A stretch of DNA of 32,000 nt from Planctopirus limnophila DSM 3776 (lineage in GTDB: Bacteria; Planctomycetota; Planctomycetia; Planctomycetales; Planctomycetaceae). Position 1 is the first letter of the stretch. The number at the start of each line of letters is the position of its first letter. Shown here piece after piece: positions 1 through 9,631 of the stretch. Under the pieces are notes generated by a model, which ran no database searches, was not told the origin of the DNA, and was given only the letters and a program-made list of their open reading frames with translations. The DNA lies in the NCBI RefSeq assembly GCF_000092105.1, contig NC_014148.1, positions 3,900,001-3,932,000 on the forward strand, given 5' to 3'. The position numbers were made by a program, and so were the translations under genes.

Positions 1-1169
1 ACAGCCAGCGGATTCAGGCTGGCAAGGTGGTGAAGCATCAGAACAGTTTTACGAAACTCAATACCGAACAGATTTTCGCGCAGATTGGCCGCAAGAACCC
101 GACTCCCGATAACCCCAATAACTATTACAACACCATCGACTACGAAGGCGGTGAATACTACAACCGCGGTTTCTTCAGTACGCTCAAAGAGATCAGCGAG
201 CCCAAGCATTTATGGCCTCTGATTCATCTGCTGTCGTTGGCATACATTGCTCTCGTCTTTCCCGGCGCCTGGCTGCTCGGGCTGAAGTGGAAGAGTTACC
301 AGATCACCTTTGCCGTCACGCTGGGGGCTGTGGTGATTTTTGGCGGGCTCTTTCAATTTCTGGGGCAGCGCGGTTATGGCGAAAAAACCCAGATCAACAG
401 CGTGGCGATCTTAAGACCCGTCGCTGATAACGCCTGGGCTGTCGAAGGCTGGGGCAGTATGTTCGTGACCTCCAGCGGTCAAAGATCAATTCGCCATCAG
501 GGAACCGGTTTATCGTATGCCACCTGCCAGTCTCAGGAAGCTGTCCAGGGAGTTGTTCGCAGCGGTACCGATGGTTCGATGAATGTAAACTTTCCGCCTT
601 ATTCTCACCGTGAGTTTTCTTACCGGCAGAGAATTCTTCAGCCAGTTCCTCAAGTGCAATGGCTCCAGCTCAATGTGAATCAGGACGTGTCGCCACCCGA
701 ATTGGTTTCGGGTGACTTGCTTGTCAGTGGGAAATTTCCCACGACACCCGGCAGTGCCTTTCTCGTGTGTGGCAAAGAGGTGAGGTCACTCTTTCCAGTG
801 AATGCTCCCACCAATGAAAAAGCTGATGCGAACACCTCCGCAGGTTCCCAGGTGTGGAATGTCCGTGAAAAACGGGGAGAACTCTCCGCGTTTCTCGGCG
901 GCGACTATGGCACGCCCTTTCCCTTTGCGAGTCAATCATCCCGAAAAATGGATCGGGAACAGATCCTCGAGAAACTCAAGCCATTGCTGACCGTCCGAGC
1001 GGCCAACATCTCTGAAAAATCATCGGACGGGATGATGGCTCTCCCCGCAGGTAAAGCTTACGCGATCTTCTTCGCTGACCCGCCACCCGAACTGGAACTG
1101 AAATCCAGCGATGGAATCCTCCAGCGAGGCTGGGCGGCTTACGTGCTGCCAGTTCCGCTGGAGCGATAG
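1..1169 (+). CDS. Hypothetical membrane protein, 5'-truncated by the window edge
   Basis: The frame of ORF 27..1169 stays open back to base 3 (SQRIQAGKVVKHQ...), so the gene probably starts upstream of the window. Two clear hydrophobic helices (HLWPLIHLLSLAYIALVFPGAWLLGL; ITFAVTLGAVVIFGGLFQFL). No recognisable catalytic motif. It lies directly upstream of the ABC transporter genes on the same strand. Confidence 0.6.
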   Translation, partial: SQRIQAGKVVKHQNSFTKLNTEQIFAQIGRKNPTPDNPNNYYNTIDYEGGEYYNRGFFSTLKEISEPKHLWPLIHLLSLAYIALVFPGAWLLGLKWKSYQITFAVTLGAVVIFGGLFQFLGQRGYGEKTQINSVAILRPVADNAWAVEGWGSMFVTSSGQRSIRHQGTGLSYATCQSQEAVQGVVRSGTDGSMNVNFPPYSHREFSYRQRILQPVPQVQWLQLNVNQDVSPPELVSGDLLVSGKFPTTPGSAFLVCGKEVRSLFPVNAPTNEKADANTSAGSQVWNVREKRGELSAFLGGDYGTPFPFASQSSRKMDREQILEKLKPLLTVRAANISEKSSDGMMALPAGKAYAIFFADPPPELELKSSDGILQRGWAAYVLPVPLER

Positions 1170-1258
1170 ATTTTCCAAGCGACGGACCCGCACAGAATAC
1201 GACAACACTTTTAGCCCCATCCATGACGTTTTGAATCCATACGTCACCGAGGAAATTT

Positions 1259-2350
1259 ATGAATCACATGTCGGATGATGAAACTCAGGCGGTCCCTCCT
1301 GATCAAGTCCAGCAGCCGACTCCACTGGACAATGAAGACTTTGAAAAAGCGGCGTCTTCTCCCGCTGGTGCTGCTGAAGAGGCGTCAGATCAGATTGCCT
1401 GGGCCGATCCCAACCATGCGATCTCGCTGCATAACGTCACGCATCGTTATCAGGGAAAGAAGGCTCTGGATCGCGTCTCATTTGTCGTTGAAAAAGGAGC
1501 GCTGCATGGGTTCGTCGGGCCCAATGGAGCGGGTAAGACCACTTCGCTGAAACTGGTCTGCACGTTATTGCAGCCACAAGCCGGGCGCGTGCGCGTCTTT
1601 GGCGAAGATGTCGTCGATAACATTCGTAAAGTCCGCACGATGATCGGCTTCATGCCCGATCACTTCAGTACCTACCGGCAGATGACTGTCAACGAATATC
1701 TCGATTTCTTTGCAGCGGCCTATGGGTTGCCACCAGCCCGCCGCATCGAAGTGATCGAGCAGGTGCTGTCGCTGGTGGATATGAACCATCGCCAGAACGA
1801 TCTGATCAGCGGGCTTTCGCGAGGCATGCAGCAACGCGTGGGGTTGGCGCGAGTGCTGGTCAATGATCCGGAACTTTTACTGCTCGATGAACCAGCTTCA
1901 GGGCTGGATCCGCGAGCACGTATTGAGTTGATGGATATTTTGAGAGCCCTGCGGAGCATGGGCAAAACAATCTTCATCAGCTCGCATATTCTTTCGGAAC
2001 TGGCCGAACTGTGTGATGCCGTCACGATCATCGACCGGGGAGAAATTCGCTTCTCAGGCCGCATTGGTGATCTGCTGACCAATCCCCAGAATCGCCACAC
2101 GTTGCGATTCGAGTTTGCTCCTGGTTCACCCGAAATGCGAGAAGCTCTGGCTCAGATCGAAGGGGTTGTTTCGGCGGAAAAATCGGGCGAAGGGGCCGGC
2201 TATCGCGTCGAGTTTGATCCTGCCCGGCTCGATGCCAATCAACTCGTCGTGCGCGTCGCTTCTCTGGGTGTCCCGCTGGTCAGCTTCAGTGAAGATCGGC
2301 GACAACTCAACGAAGCCTTCATGGATCTGACAACGGCTGGTGTTCGTTAA
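1259..2350 (+). CDS. ABC transporter ATP-binding protein (ABC-2/CcmA-like subfamily)
   Basis: Walker A GPNGAGKTT, Q-loop region, ABC signature LSRGMQQRV, Walker B LLLLDEPASGLD, H-loop SSHIL. GAGGA Shine-Dalgarno-like sequence about 7 nt upstream of the ATG at 1259. Confidence 0.92.
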   Translation: MNHMSDDETQAVPPDQVQQPTPLDNEDFEKAASSPAGAAEEASDQIAWADPNHAISLHNVTHRYQGKKALDRVSFVVEKGALHGFVGPNGAGKTTSLKLVCTLLQPQAGRVRVFGEDVVDNIRKVRTMIGFMPDHFSTYRQMTVNEYLDFFAAAYGLPPARRIEVIEQVLSLVDMNHRQNDLISGLSRGMQQRVGLARVLVNDPELLLLDEPASGLDPRARIELMDILRALRSMGKTIFISSHILSELAELCDAVTIIDRGEIRFSGRIGDLLTNPQNRHTLRFEFAPGSPEMREALAQIEGVVSAEKSGEGAGYRVEFDPARLDANQLVVRVASLGVPLVSFSEDRRQLNEAFMDLTTAGVR

Positions 2351-2417
2351 CGATATCTGTTGGAAGTGATTGAAATCATTTCGCCTTGTTCGATAGACCT
2401 GGGGAGTCGAATCACAG

Positions 2418-4103
2418 ATGTATCACGGGATTGCTGCACTCCTGGGTCGTTCGATGAAACTCGACGCCCGGCAACTGCCACCAAATCTTTTTCGACTGGG
2501 ATTTGTACTGGCTCTGTACGGTGCATTACTGATTGCACAGCTCGAAGCAGGGAGCTTCGGTGCTCCCGGGCTGAGGTTCTTTCAGAATATCGCCTGGTTG
2601 AATTTTCTGGTGATTCTCTTCTCGGGAGTGACTTACTTCTCGACAGCCATTACTGAAGAGAAAGAAGAGGCCACTCTGGGCCTCTTGCGCATGGCCGGGA
2701 TCAGTCCGATTGGAATTCTGCTGGGCAAATCGACCAGCCGACTGATCAGCGCTCTGATTCTGTTGACGATTCAAGTTCCCTTTACACTCTTGGCAATCAC
2801 GCTGGGTGGGGCAACTCTCGACCAGATTCTGGCGGCGTATGTGGCTCTAGGTGCCTTTATTATCTTTCTCGCCAATGCGGGCCTGTTTTCTTCGGTCATC
2901 TGTGCTCGTGGTGGAACAGCCGCTGCTCTGACCTGCTTCTGGGTTGGTCTCTACTTCATCATGCCCTGGTTCGCTTTTTACATTTCGTCAGAGATTCGAA
3001 CTGCCGGTGGCCCGACAACAACCATCTCGAACTGGGTAGTCGCCACCAGCGATCTGCTGCAACAGACTTCCGTGGCGAGTGAACTCAGCCAGATTGTCTC
3101 TTCGGGCTATGGCGATCTGAGTGATGTTCTCCCTGTGGATGAGGATGGGCAACCGATTTCCTCCTGGTCATGGGCCGTCTGGCAGATTCGCTTCAAAATG
3201 CTGGCCACAACACAGGTCATTTCGAACATTATTGGTGGTTTACTCTTCTTTGCGATTTCGTGGATTCTCTTTGACCGGCTGACACGTTACGAACGTCCCG
3301 GCTTTGTCGCCGAACGCAATTTGTTCATGCCGATAAAAATCGGTCGTGCTCAGCGGTCTCCTCTGGGGCAGGCCTGGCAGAACCCGCTCATCTGGAAAGA
3401 CTTTTACTTTGTGGCGGGCGGGCCACGATGGCTCTTTTTTCGACAGTTGCTCATCTGGATTGTGGTGATTGTCCTTTATTTCTGGATGTCATTTGCCGGT
3501 GCTTTCGGGAGTGGCAGTTACTTCGAACTCGACCAGTTGTTCGCGATCGCGCTGACGATTTTCATTCTTGTCCTGATTATCGAAGCCTCGATTTACAGCT
3601 CTCGCATCTTCCAAACCGAATTGCAGAACCAGACACTTTCGGCATTGCTGATGCTCCCCTGCTCCGTCGCCTACCTGGGTTATTCGAAAGCAGTGGGTTG
3701 CCTGCTGGGACTGGTTCCCACGTTCATCTCGATTTTCTTCGCCTGGGTGGGAATTCTCGCATCCTCGGCGTACGTCGATCGCACACTCGAATCGACATTT
3801 GAAGTCCTTGGTCAGCCGATAGTCTGGTGTGGAGTCACGTTGGTGGTGATCTTCCTGAATCTTGTCACCACGATTTCGCTCTTCCTCAAATGGGGGGCTC
3901 TCCCGTTGAGTTTTGTCATCGTCTTCTTTGGCAGCAGTTGCTGTCCTCTGACATATATTCTCATGGCCTTTGCCGGTGCCGCCAACGACCCGCTGGGTGC
4001 TGCGGCAGGGATTCTGATCAACATCATGGCCATGGCGCTGATCAGCCTGGTCTTCCATGCCGTCATCGCTTCGCGTCTGCAGGCCCTGGGCAGCAAACTT
4101 TAA
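2418..4103 (+). CDS. Polytopic membrane protein, probable ABC-2-type permease partner
   Basis: 561 aa with many predicted TM helices across the whole length. It starts 67 nt downstream of the ABC ATPase on the same strand. No soluble domain recognised. Confidence 0.75.
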   Translation: MYHGIAALLGRSMKLDARQLPPNLFRLGFVLALYGALLIAQLEAGSFGAPGLRFFQNIAWLNFLVILFSGVTYFSTAITEEKEEATLGLLRMAGISPIGILLGKSTSRLISALILLTIQVPFTLLAITLGGATLDQILAAYVALGAFIIFLANAGLFSSVICARGGTAAALTCFWVGLYFIMPWFAFYISSEIRTAGGPTTTISNWVVATSDLLQQTSVASELSQIVSSGYGDLSDVLPVDEDGQPISSWSWAVWQIRFKMLATTQVISNIIGGLLFFAISWILFDRLTRYERPGFVAERNLFMPIKIGRAQRSPLGQAWQNPLIWKDFYFVAGGPRWLFFRQLLIWIVVIVLYFWMSFAGAFGSGSYFELDQLFAIALTIFILVLIIEASIYSSRIFQTELQNQTLSALLMLPCSVAYLGYSKAVGCLLGLVPTFISIFFAWVGILASSAYVDRTLESTFEVLGQPIVWCGVTLVVIFLNLVTTISLFLKWGALPLSFVIVFFGSSCCPLTYILMAFAGAANDPLGAAAGILINIMAMALISLVFHAVIASRLQALGSKL

Positions 4104-4137
4104 TCTCTCCGTGTGCCATGCTTTGTGTGCTGTGTGC

Positions 4138-4163
4138 CATGCTTGCGGCTCTGCGCAAGCATG
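4138..4163 (+). terminator. Candidate hairpin terminator after the ABC permease
   Basis: Perfect 10-bp stem CATGCTTGCG (4138-4147) / CGCAAGCATG (4154-4163) with a 6-nt loop, 35 nt after the stop at 4103. The downstream sequence TTCAACAACTTTT is only a weak U-tract. Confidence 0.4.
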
Positions 4164-4316
4164 TTCAACAACTTTTCGCCCGCCATTTCCAATTGTGATT
4201 CCTCCCAGAACTGTTCGAACCAGGTACTTCGATCTTCTTTCGGCTATACTGCACGAGTGCCCAGTTCTTGTCCGGGTTCAATACTGATTCCCTCCCTGCA
4301 GTGACGTTTTCAACCC

Positions 4317-5666
4317 ATGCCCTCTTTTCTGCACGTAGCCGACCTGCATCTCGACAGTCCGAGAAGTGGACTTTCCCGCGATGCCAGTGCCCCGGTTTCT
4401 GAAATTCAGCAGGCTCCTCGCAGAGCACTCGAGCGATTGATTGACGAAGCCTTAAGGCGAAAGGTTTCCGCAGTCGTGATTGCTGGCGATCTTTACGATG
4501 GCGACTGGAAAGACCACCAGACGGGTCTCTTCTTCGTGAGGCAGGCCCAGAAGCTGGCCGACGCCAGGATCCCGGTGGTGATGATCACCGGCAATCACGA
4601 TGCCCAGTCAGTCATCACCCAGCAGCTTCCTTTACCCCCCAACGTGAAAGTTTTAAGTGTCGATGCACCCGAGACATTCCTGCTCGAGGATTGCGGTCTG
4701 GCACTGCATGGGCAAGGTTTCAAGAACCGGGCCGTGCCGCAGAATCTGTCGGCGAACTATCCCGCTAAAATCAACAGCCTCTTGAACATAGGGCTCCTGC
4801 ATACGTCGCTGACAGGCTTCGAAGGGCACGAAGTTTATGCCCCCTGCAGCTTGAGCGATCTGGCCCGGACCGGCTACGAATACTGGGCCTTAGGCCATAT
4901 TCATAAGCGGCAGGAATTTCCTCTGGCCAGTGGCGGGATGGCGGTTTTTCCAGGAAATCTGCAGGGGCGCCATATTCGTGAATGCGGGCCCAAAGGCTGC
5001 GAAATCATCGAGTATCAACCGAATGGAATTCTCCAGCGAGAGTCAATTGTCCTCGATGTCTTTCGTTGGGAACTGCTTTCGATTTCAGTGGACGGATTAT
5101 CTTCCCGAGACGAAATTCTCGCACTGATTGAAGATCACCTGCGCGCTTTTCGCACTTCCGCAGATCCCCAACCACATGCCCTGCGCATCGAACTGATGGG
5201 GGCCACAACTTGTCATGGTCAGCTCATCGACCGCCAGCGGGAACTTCGTGCCGAAATTCAGAGCCTGGTGGTACAGTCAGGAAGTGGCAACTGGTGGCTC
5301 GAAGACCTTTCGCTCCGCACAACTTTTCCAGAGGCATCCATCGATGCCGCTTTGACCAGTGCTGCCTCTCAGGAATTGCTGGCATTGGCCCGGTCGGAAC
5401 TGCAGGCAGCCCATTCCTCTCCCGAACTGCATCGTCTGATGCAAAACCTGACTGAGGATTTGCGGAAGAAGCTCCCTGCGGAAATCTCGTGGAGTGATGT
5501 CCTTGGCCCCACCTCTTCGCACGCTGCAGGCTCTACGACAAACCAGGCATCAACTAATGCTGGAATCGAGTGGAGTCCACTCCTGGAAGAATCTTTAGCA
5601 CTTCTTTCGGCTCGGTTGGAGCAGCCCCAGACACAAGTCTCCACAGGTCGAAAGGGGCGGTCATGA
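4317..5666 (+). CDS. SbcD/Mre11-family metallophosphoesterase (YhaO/SbcF-like DNA exonuclease subunit)
   Basis: Calcineurin-like phosphoesterase motifs in canonical order: VADLHLD, AGDLYDG, TGNHD, GLLH, GHIH. The stop overlaps the start of the next gene (ATGA at 5663-5666). Confidence 0.85.
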   Translation: MPSFLHVADLHLDSPRSGLSRDASAPVSEIQQAPRRALERLIDEALRRKVSAVVIAGDLYDGDWKDHQTGLFFVRQAQKLADARIPVVMITGNHDAQSVITQQLPLPPNVKVLSVDAPETFLLEDCGLALHGQGFKNRAVPQNLSANYPAKINSLLNIGLLHTSLTGFEGHEVYAPCSLSDLARTGYEYWALGHIHKRQEFPLASGGMAVFPGNLQGRHIRECGPKGCEIIEYQPNGILQRESIVLDVFRWELLSISVDGLSSRDEILALIEDHLRAFRTSADPQPHALRIELMGATTCHGQLIDRQRELRAEIQSLVVQSGSGNWWLEDLSLRTTFPEASIDAALTSAASQELLALARSELQAAHSSPELHRLMQNLTEDLRKKLPAEISWSDVLGPTSSHAAGSTTNQASTNAGIEWSPLLEESLALLSARLEQPQTQVSTGRKGRS

Positions 5667-8600
5667 GGATTGCTTCACTCCATCTGGAAAATGTCGGCCC
5701 ATTCCGCAAGACGACCTGGAACCTCGATCCATCCCGAGGTTTTCAATTGTTTATCGGGCCCAATGAGGCGGGCAAAAGTACCGCACTCAGGGCCCTGGCT
5801 GATGCTCTGTACGGCTTTCCTCATACCTTGCCGGATGGTGAGTCCTTTCAACCTTATCGGGATCGTCGTGTTGGTCTCTCTTTGATCAGCGATGATGGCC
5901 AGCAGCTCCGTTTTCTCCGCCGCAAAGCAACCAAACAGGCCTTGCGTGGCCTGGATGACAAAACGGTGGTCGACGAAGCCGAATTGAGCCGGTGGCTGCA
6001 ACAGGTGGATCGTACCCGCTTTGAACAGTTCTTCGGGCTTGACCATGCCCGGCTGGTTCAAGGTGGTAACGAACTGCTCAACTCGAAAGGAGATATCGGG
6101 ACCATCCTCTTCGCAGGTTCTCAGCTACAAGGAGCACCGCAGATTCTTGAAGCGCTGTCCCAGGAGGCAGCCAGCCTGTTCGCCCCTCGAGCACAGAATC
6201 CCCCCATCAACAGCCAGATCCGCCAACATGCCGACCTGATTGCCAAAGTCAATCAGTTGATGGTCAAGCCACAGGCCTGGCGCGACGTTCAAACCGAGTT
6301 TGATCAGGCAAGTACCACCAAAGACAAGCTGCAGTCACAACTCAAAGAGCTGGAAAAACGAGTCAGCCATCTGGCGAGGCTCAATGCCGCCTGTACTCCG
6401 GCCCGGCAACTTCGGCAGATCAGGCAGCAACTGAAAAGCTATGCCGACTTGCCCATGCTCGATGAAGAATTTTTTGAAAAGGTGGAAACTGTTCGCCAGA
6501 AGATCTTCAGTGCTGCTCACGAGCAACGAGTCAAGCTCGACGAATTGCAGCAATTGAAATCCACCCTCGATCAATTGCCTCCTGTCGAATCGATCTGGCT
6601 GGAACACGAAAGCACCATTCGCGAACTCGTCGAAACACGCGGATCAATTCAAAAGGCCCGCAAAGACACTCCCAAAGTTCAAAAAGAGCTGCTTCTGGCA
6701 AAAGCCAGACAACAGACCATCCTCGATCAGTGGAAATGGGCTCCTGCGGATCAATCCGCTTCGATCCCCAGGAGACTCCGTAGAGAGCTCGAAGCACTTC
6801 AGGCCGAGTGGCTGGTACTCTCCGAACGCAAAAAAGCACTGACAGATCGTGCACAGGCCCTGGCCAAAACCACAGCCAGAATTGCCAGCGAACCAGTCGA
6901 TCGTCGAGAGACGTTGCGGCAAGAGCTGGCGAAAACTCAAGCGACGCTGCAAACAGCCGCTTCACTGCTCGAAGCCGATCAGAAGATCAGAACTCTCCGC
7001 ATCAGCCAGACGACACTCGAACGAAACGTCGCCCAGGCCTGGCAGAAGCTTGAACCACAAACGCTCATGAGCCAGTGGGCGGAAGCACACACACTTTCGG
7101 AACAGATCGCACTGCTCTCGTCAACGAACATTCCCCCTCACGACGTGATCGAACAGTTCCGCGAAGAAATCGACACCTGGCACCAACAGGTCCTCTCAGC
7201 GGTGGCCGCTCTCGAAAAAGCACGGCTCGAACAGTCACACGCCATCGAAGAGCGGCAACGACTGCGCACATTGATTCTGCAAGCCACGCCCGAAGATCTG
7301 GCCGCCGCTCGAAGTGAACGTGACCAGCTCTGGGCAAAGTTCCAGCAACAACTGGAAAGTGAACCGCGACCAGACCATCAGCAGCTGATCGAACAGGCTC
7401 AGATCGTGCAGCAATCCATACAGCAGGCCGATCAACTGGCTGATGCACTCTTCAAGCAGGCCACCAATGTCTATCGCGATCAAGAGCTGGCCCTGCGAAC
7501 GGAGCAACTCTCAACTTCCATCCAGCAACTGCAAGAGCGACTCACCACCCAGAAAGATCTCGAAAGCCAGGCAGTTCATCGCTGGGAAAACTTGTGGAGT
7601 TCAACAGGCATCTCGCCCCGATCCCCTCGCGAAATGCTGGTCTGGTCTCGCATGGCACACGAGTTGATCGAACTCGGCGAAAAGCTCGCGGCAATCAACG
7701 ACGAACTCACCGCTCACGATCAACAGTGCGAAATCTTCTGCCACCAGTTCGACACTTCACAGAGCATCGAGTCCGATGCTCCCGAACCTCAACCTTTGCC
7801 CACAATTCATGCACGGCTCAAGATCGACGACCAGAACCTGCTGGAAAGAATTCGTGCTGCGGACCTGCTCGAACTCGACAGGCAACGTCTGAATGATGAT
7901 CAGACAGCCTATCAACACGATCTCGAAGCCTGGCAATCGACCAGCCAGGAGTGGGAACTCCGGTGGAAAGCCGCCATCCTGGCCACTGGCTGGGAAGAGT
8001 CGACCACACCCGATGAACTCGCGGAGTTGTTAGAACAGTTTCAACTTCTTGAGCAGACACAGAACTCAATTCAAAAGCTCGAGGAGAGACTCTCGGGTAT
8101 GGCCGAAGATGAATCGACCTTTCAGGAACAGATCTTCGATTTTGTCCGCACGTCGATTCCCCTTGAAGCCGAGAACCTGATTGCCAGCTTCCCGCCCGTT
8201 GAACTTTCGCAAGCCATCGAGACTCGACAAAATTCCGCCCGCGTGCAGCAGGCTCAATATCAACAGCAGCAGGCCACTATCGAGCGTCTGACTGCCGCTG
8301 TGGAACAACTGGGTGATGCACTGGAACTTGCCCAGGAACAACTGAACCAGGCTCTCAGGCAGGCCAGGCTCAAAGAACCCTCCGAATTGACGGCACTGCG
8401 AGAGAAATGCCGCCTTCGTAGAAAACTGATCGATGATGCCGTTCACCACGAACTCGAACTGGCCCGGCAATGCGGTACCAATTCGGTCGAAGAGCTGATT
8501 CAGCAGGCACTCGAAGTCGACCCAGCGACACTCCCTCCGGAAATTGAATCACTCGGACAGGAAATCAGTTCCTTAAGAGAGCAATTGGGACAAGCGACGG

Positions 8601-9220
8601 CGCGCCTGGAAGCCGCCCGCCTGGCATTGGCAGGCATGAGTGGAGAATCGAAAGCGGCGGAATTGAATGAAGAAGCCAGTGATCTTCGCCGGCTGATTAT
8701 ACAGGATAGCCGGGAGTATCTGCGATTAGTGACTGCCGCCGAGCTCTTGCGATCCGCGATCAAAACCTATCGAGAGCAGCATCAGGGGCCGGTCTTTGCC
8801 CTGGCTGCGTCGATCTTTACACGCATGACGGGCGGTGTGTTTGAAGGTTTGCAGATTGATTCCGAGGATGGTTCTCAAGAACTGCTGGTGCGTTGTCACG
8901 ATGGGCGCACGCTGCGAGTGACTGAACTTTCGACAGGCACCGCCGACCAGCTCTTTCTGGCCATCCGGCTGGCGTGGATTGAAGAGTACCTGCATCAGCA
9001 CCCCCCCTTCCCGCTGGTGCTGGATGATGTGCTGGTGCAGTTCGATGATGAGCGCACGCGTTATGCCCTGGAGGTGCTGGGAGAACTCTCTCGCCGCACT
9101 CAAATCCTGTGCTTCACGCATCATGAACACCTCAAGGAACTGGTCGAACAGACGCTGGAACCCGACCAATACGAGATCCACTCCCTCCAGCGCCTTCGCA
9201 CACCTCCTTTCAAGAGCTGA
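5663..9220 (+). CDS. SMC/Rad50-like AAA ATPase with long coiled coil (YhaN/SbcE-like), 1185 aa
   Basis: I prefer the internal ATG at 5663 (MRIASLHLENVGPF...) because it overlaps the upstream stop as ATGA and sits just before the N-terminal Walker A GPNEAGKST. About 900 aa of heptad-like Q/E/L-rich sequence follows. The C-terminal end has an ABC signature-like LSTGTADQL, Walker B LVLDDVLVQFDD and H-loop FTHH. Confidence 0.85.
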   Translation: MRIASLHLENVGPFRKTTWNLDPSRGFQLFIGPNEAGKSTALRALADALYGFPHTLPDGESFQPYRDRRVGLSLISDDGQQLRFLRRKATKQALRGLDDKTVVDEAELSRWLQQVDRTRFEQFFGLDHARLVQGGNELLNSKGDIGTILFAGSQLQGAPQILEALSQEAASLFAPRAQNPPINSQIRQHADLIAKVNQLMVKPQAWRDVQTEFDQASTTKDKLQSQLKELEKRVSHLARLNAACTPARQLRQIRQQLKSYADLPMLDEEFFEKVETVRQKIFSAAHEQRVKLDELQQLKSTLDQLPPVESIWLEHESTIRELVETRGSIQKARKDTPKVQKELLLAKARQQTILDQWKWAPADQSASIPRRLRRELEALQAEWLVLSERKKALTDRAQALAKTTARIASEPVDRRETLRQELAKTQATLQTAASLLEADQKIRTLRISQTTLERNVAQAWQKLEPQTLMSQWAEAHTLSEQIALLSSTNIPPHDVIEQFREEIDTWHQQVLSAVAALEKARLEQSHAIEERQRLRTLILQATPEDLAAARSERDQLWAKFQQQLESEPRPDHQQLIEQAQIVQQSIQQADQLADALFKQATNVYRDQELALRTEQLSTSIQQLQERLTTQKDLESQAVHRWENLWSSTGISPRSPREMLVWSRMAHELIELGEKLAAINDELTAHDQQCEIFCHQFDTSQSIESDAPEPQPLPTIHARLKIDDQNLLERIRAADLLELDRQRLNDDQTAYQHDLEAWQSTSQEWELRWKAAILATGWEESTTPDELAELLEQFQLLEQTQNSIQKLEERLSGMAEDESTFQEQIFDFVRTSIPLEAENLIASFPPVELSQAIETRQNSARVQQAQYQQQQATIERLTAAVEQLGDALELAQEQLNQALRQARLKEPSELTALREKCRLRRKLIDDAVHHELELARQCGTNSVEELIQQALEVDPATLPPEIESLGQEISSLREQLGQATARLEAARLALAGMSGESKAAELNEEASDLRRLIIQDSREYLRLVTAAELLRSAIKTYREQHQGPVFALAASIFTRMTGGVFEGLQIDSEDGSQELLVRCHDGRTLRVTELSTGTADQLFLAIRLAWIEEYLHQHPPFPLVLDDVLVQFDDERTRYALEVLGELSRRTQILCFTHHEHLKELVEQTLEPDQYEIHSLQRLRTPPFKS

Positions 9221-9254
9221 AAACGCCTCATTCGACTCTGGCAATAGCTTGTGA

Positions 9255-9413
9255 ATAGAGATTCCAATACGTGAACCTGTCGCTCAGTCCGAGTTGGTGG
9301 GTTGCGCAAAGCCTTACCCCACCCTGATTGCCGCTATGAGAAAGCTCCTGACCATCCTCAACGCCATGATTAAAAATCAAACCCCATGGAAAAATCCCGC
9401 ACCAACAGCTTGA
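9255..9413 (+). pseudogene. C-terminal remnant of an IS110-family transposase
   Basis: My own translation of the frame ending at TGA 9411-9413 gives ...LVGCAKPYPTLIAAMRKLLTILNAMIKNQTPWKNPAPTA*. The (A/C)MRKLLTILNAM..(Q/G)TPW tail is the characteristic C-terminus of IS110/IS1111 transposases. An in-frame stop at 9252-9254 leaves only about 50 codons, so it is a fragment. Confidence 0.6.
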
Positions 9414-9559
9414 TTCTCAAGACAGTCGCTACCTGTCTATTCTTACGCGAAGGCGCGAAGATCTCGAAGGAATGGCGACAACGTGTGGGTGCCTCCAGCG
9501 AAAACATGCCCGGTCATTTCATGCTGCAGTTCAGCATGCATTTAGCTGCCTGAATGGAA

Positions 9560-9587
9560 TTGACAGCGAAAACCCACAAGATAACCT
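9560..9587 (+). promoter_or_regulatory. Candidate sigma70-like promoter for the TIR gene
   Basis: TTGACA (9560-9565), 16-nt spacer, TAACCT (9582-9587), about 45 nt upstream of the ATG at 9632. The -10 element matches TATAAT at only 3 of 6 positions, and promoter rules for this lineage are uncertain. Confidence 0.25.
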
Positions 9588-9631
9588 AAACGCTGTTCAC
9601 TTAGATAAGATTTTAACGTTTGGGAAAGGCA

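Noticed and set aside
3489-4058. 189-aa minus-strand ORF inside the ABC permease gene
   Set aside because: It is an antisense shadow ORF that is highly charged (D/E/R/Q-rich). The plus frame encodes continuous TM helices.
7727-7741. Cys-x3-Cys (CEIFC) in the coiled coil of the 1185-aa ATPase as a possible Rad50/SbcC zinc hook
   Set aside because: The canonical hook is CxxC at the coiled-coil apex. This is CxxxC and sits at about aa 689 of 1185, well off-centre. It is not enough to call a hook.
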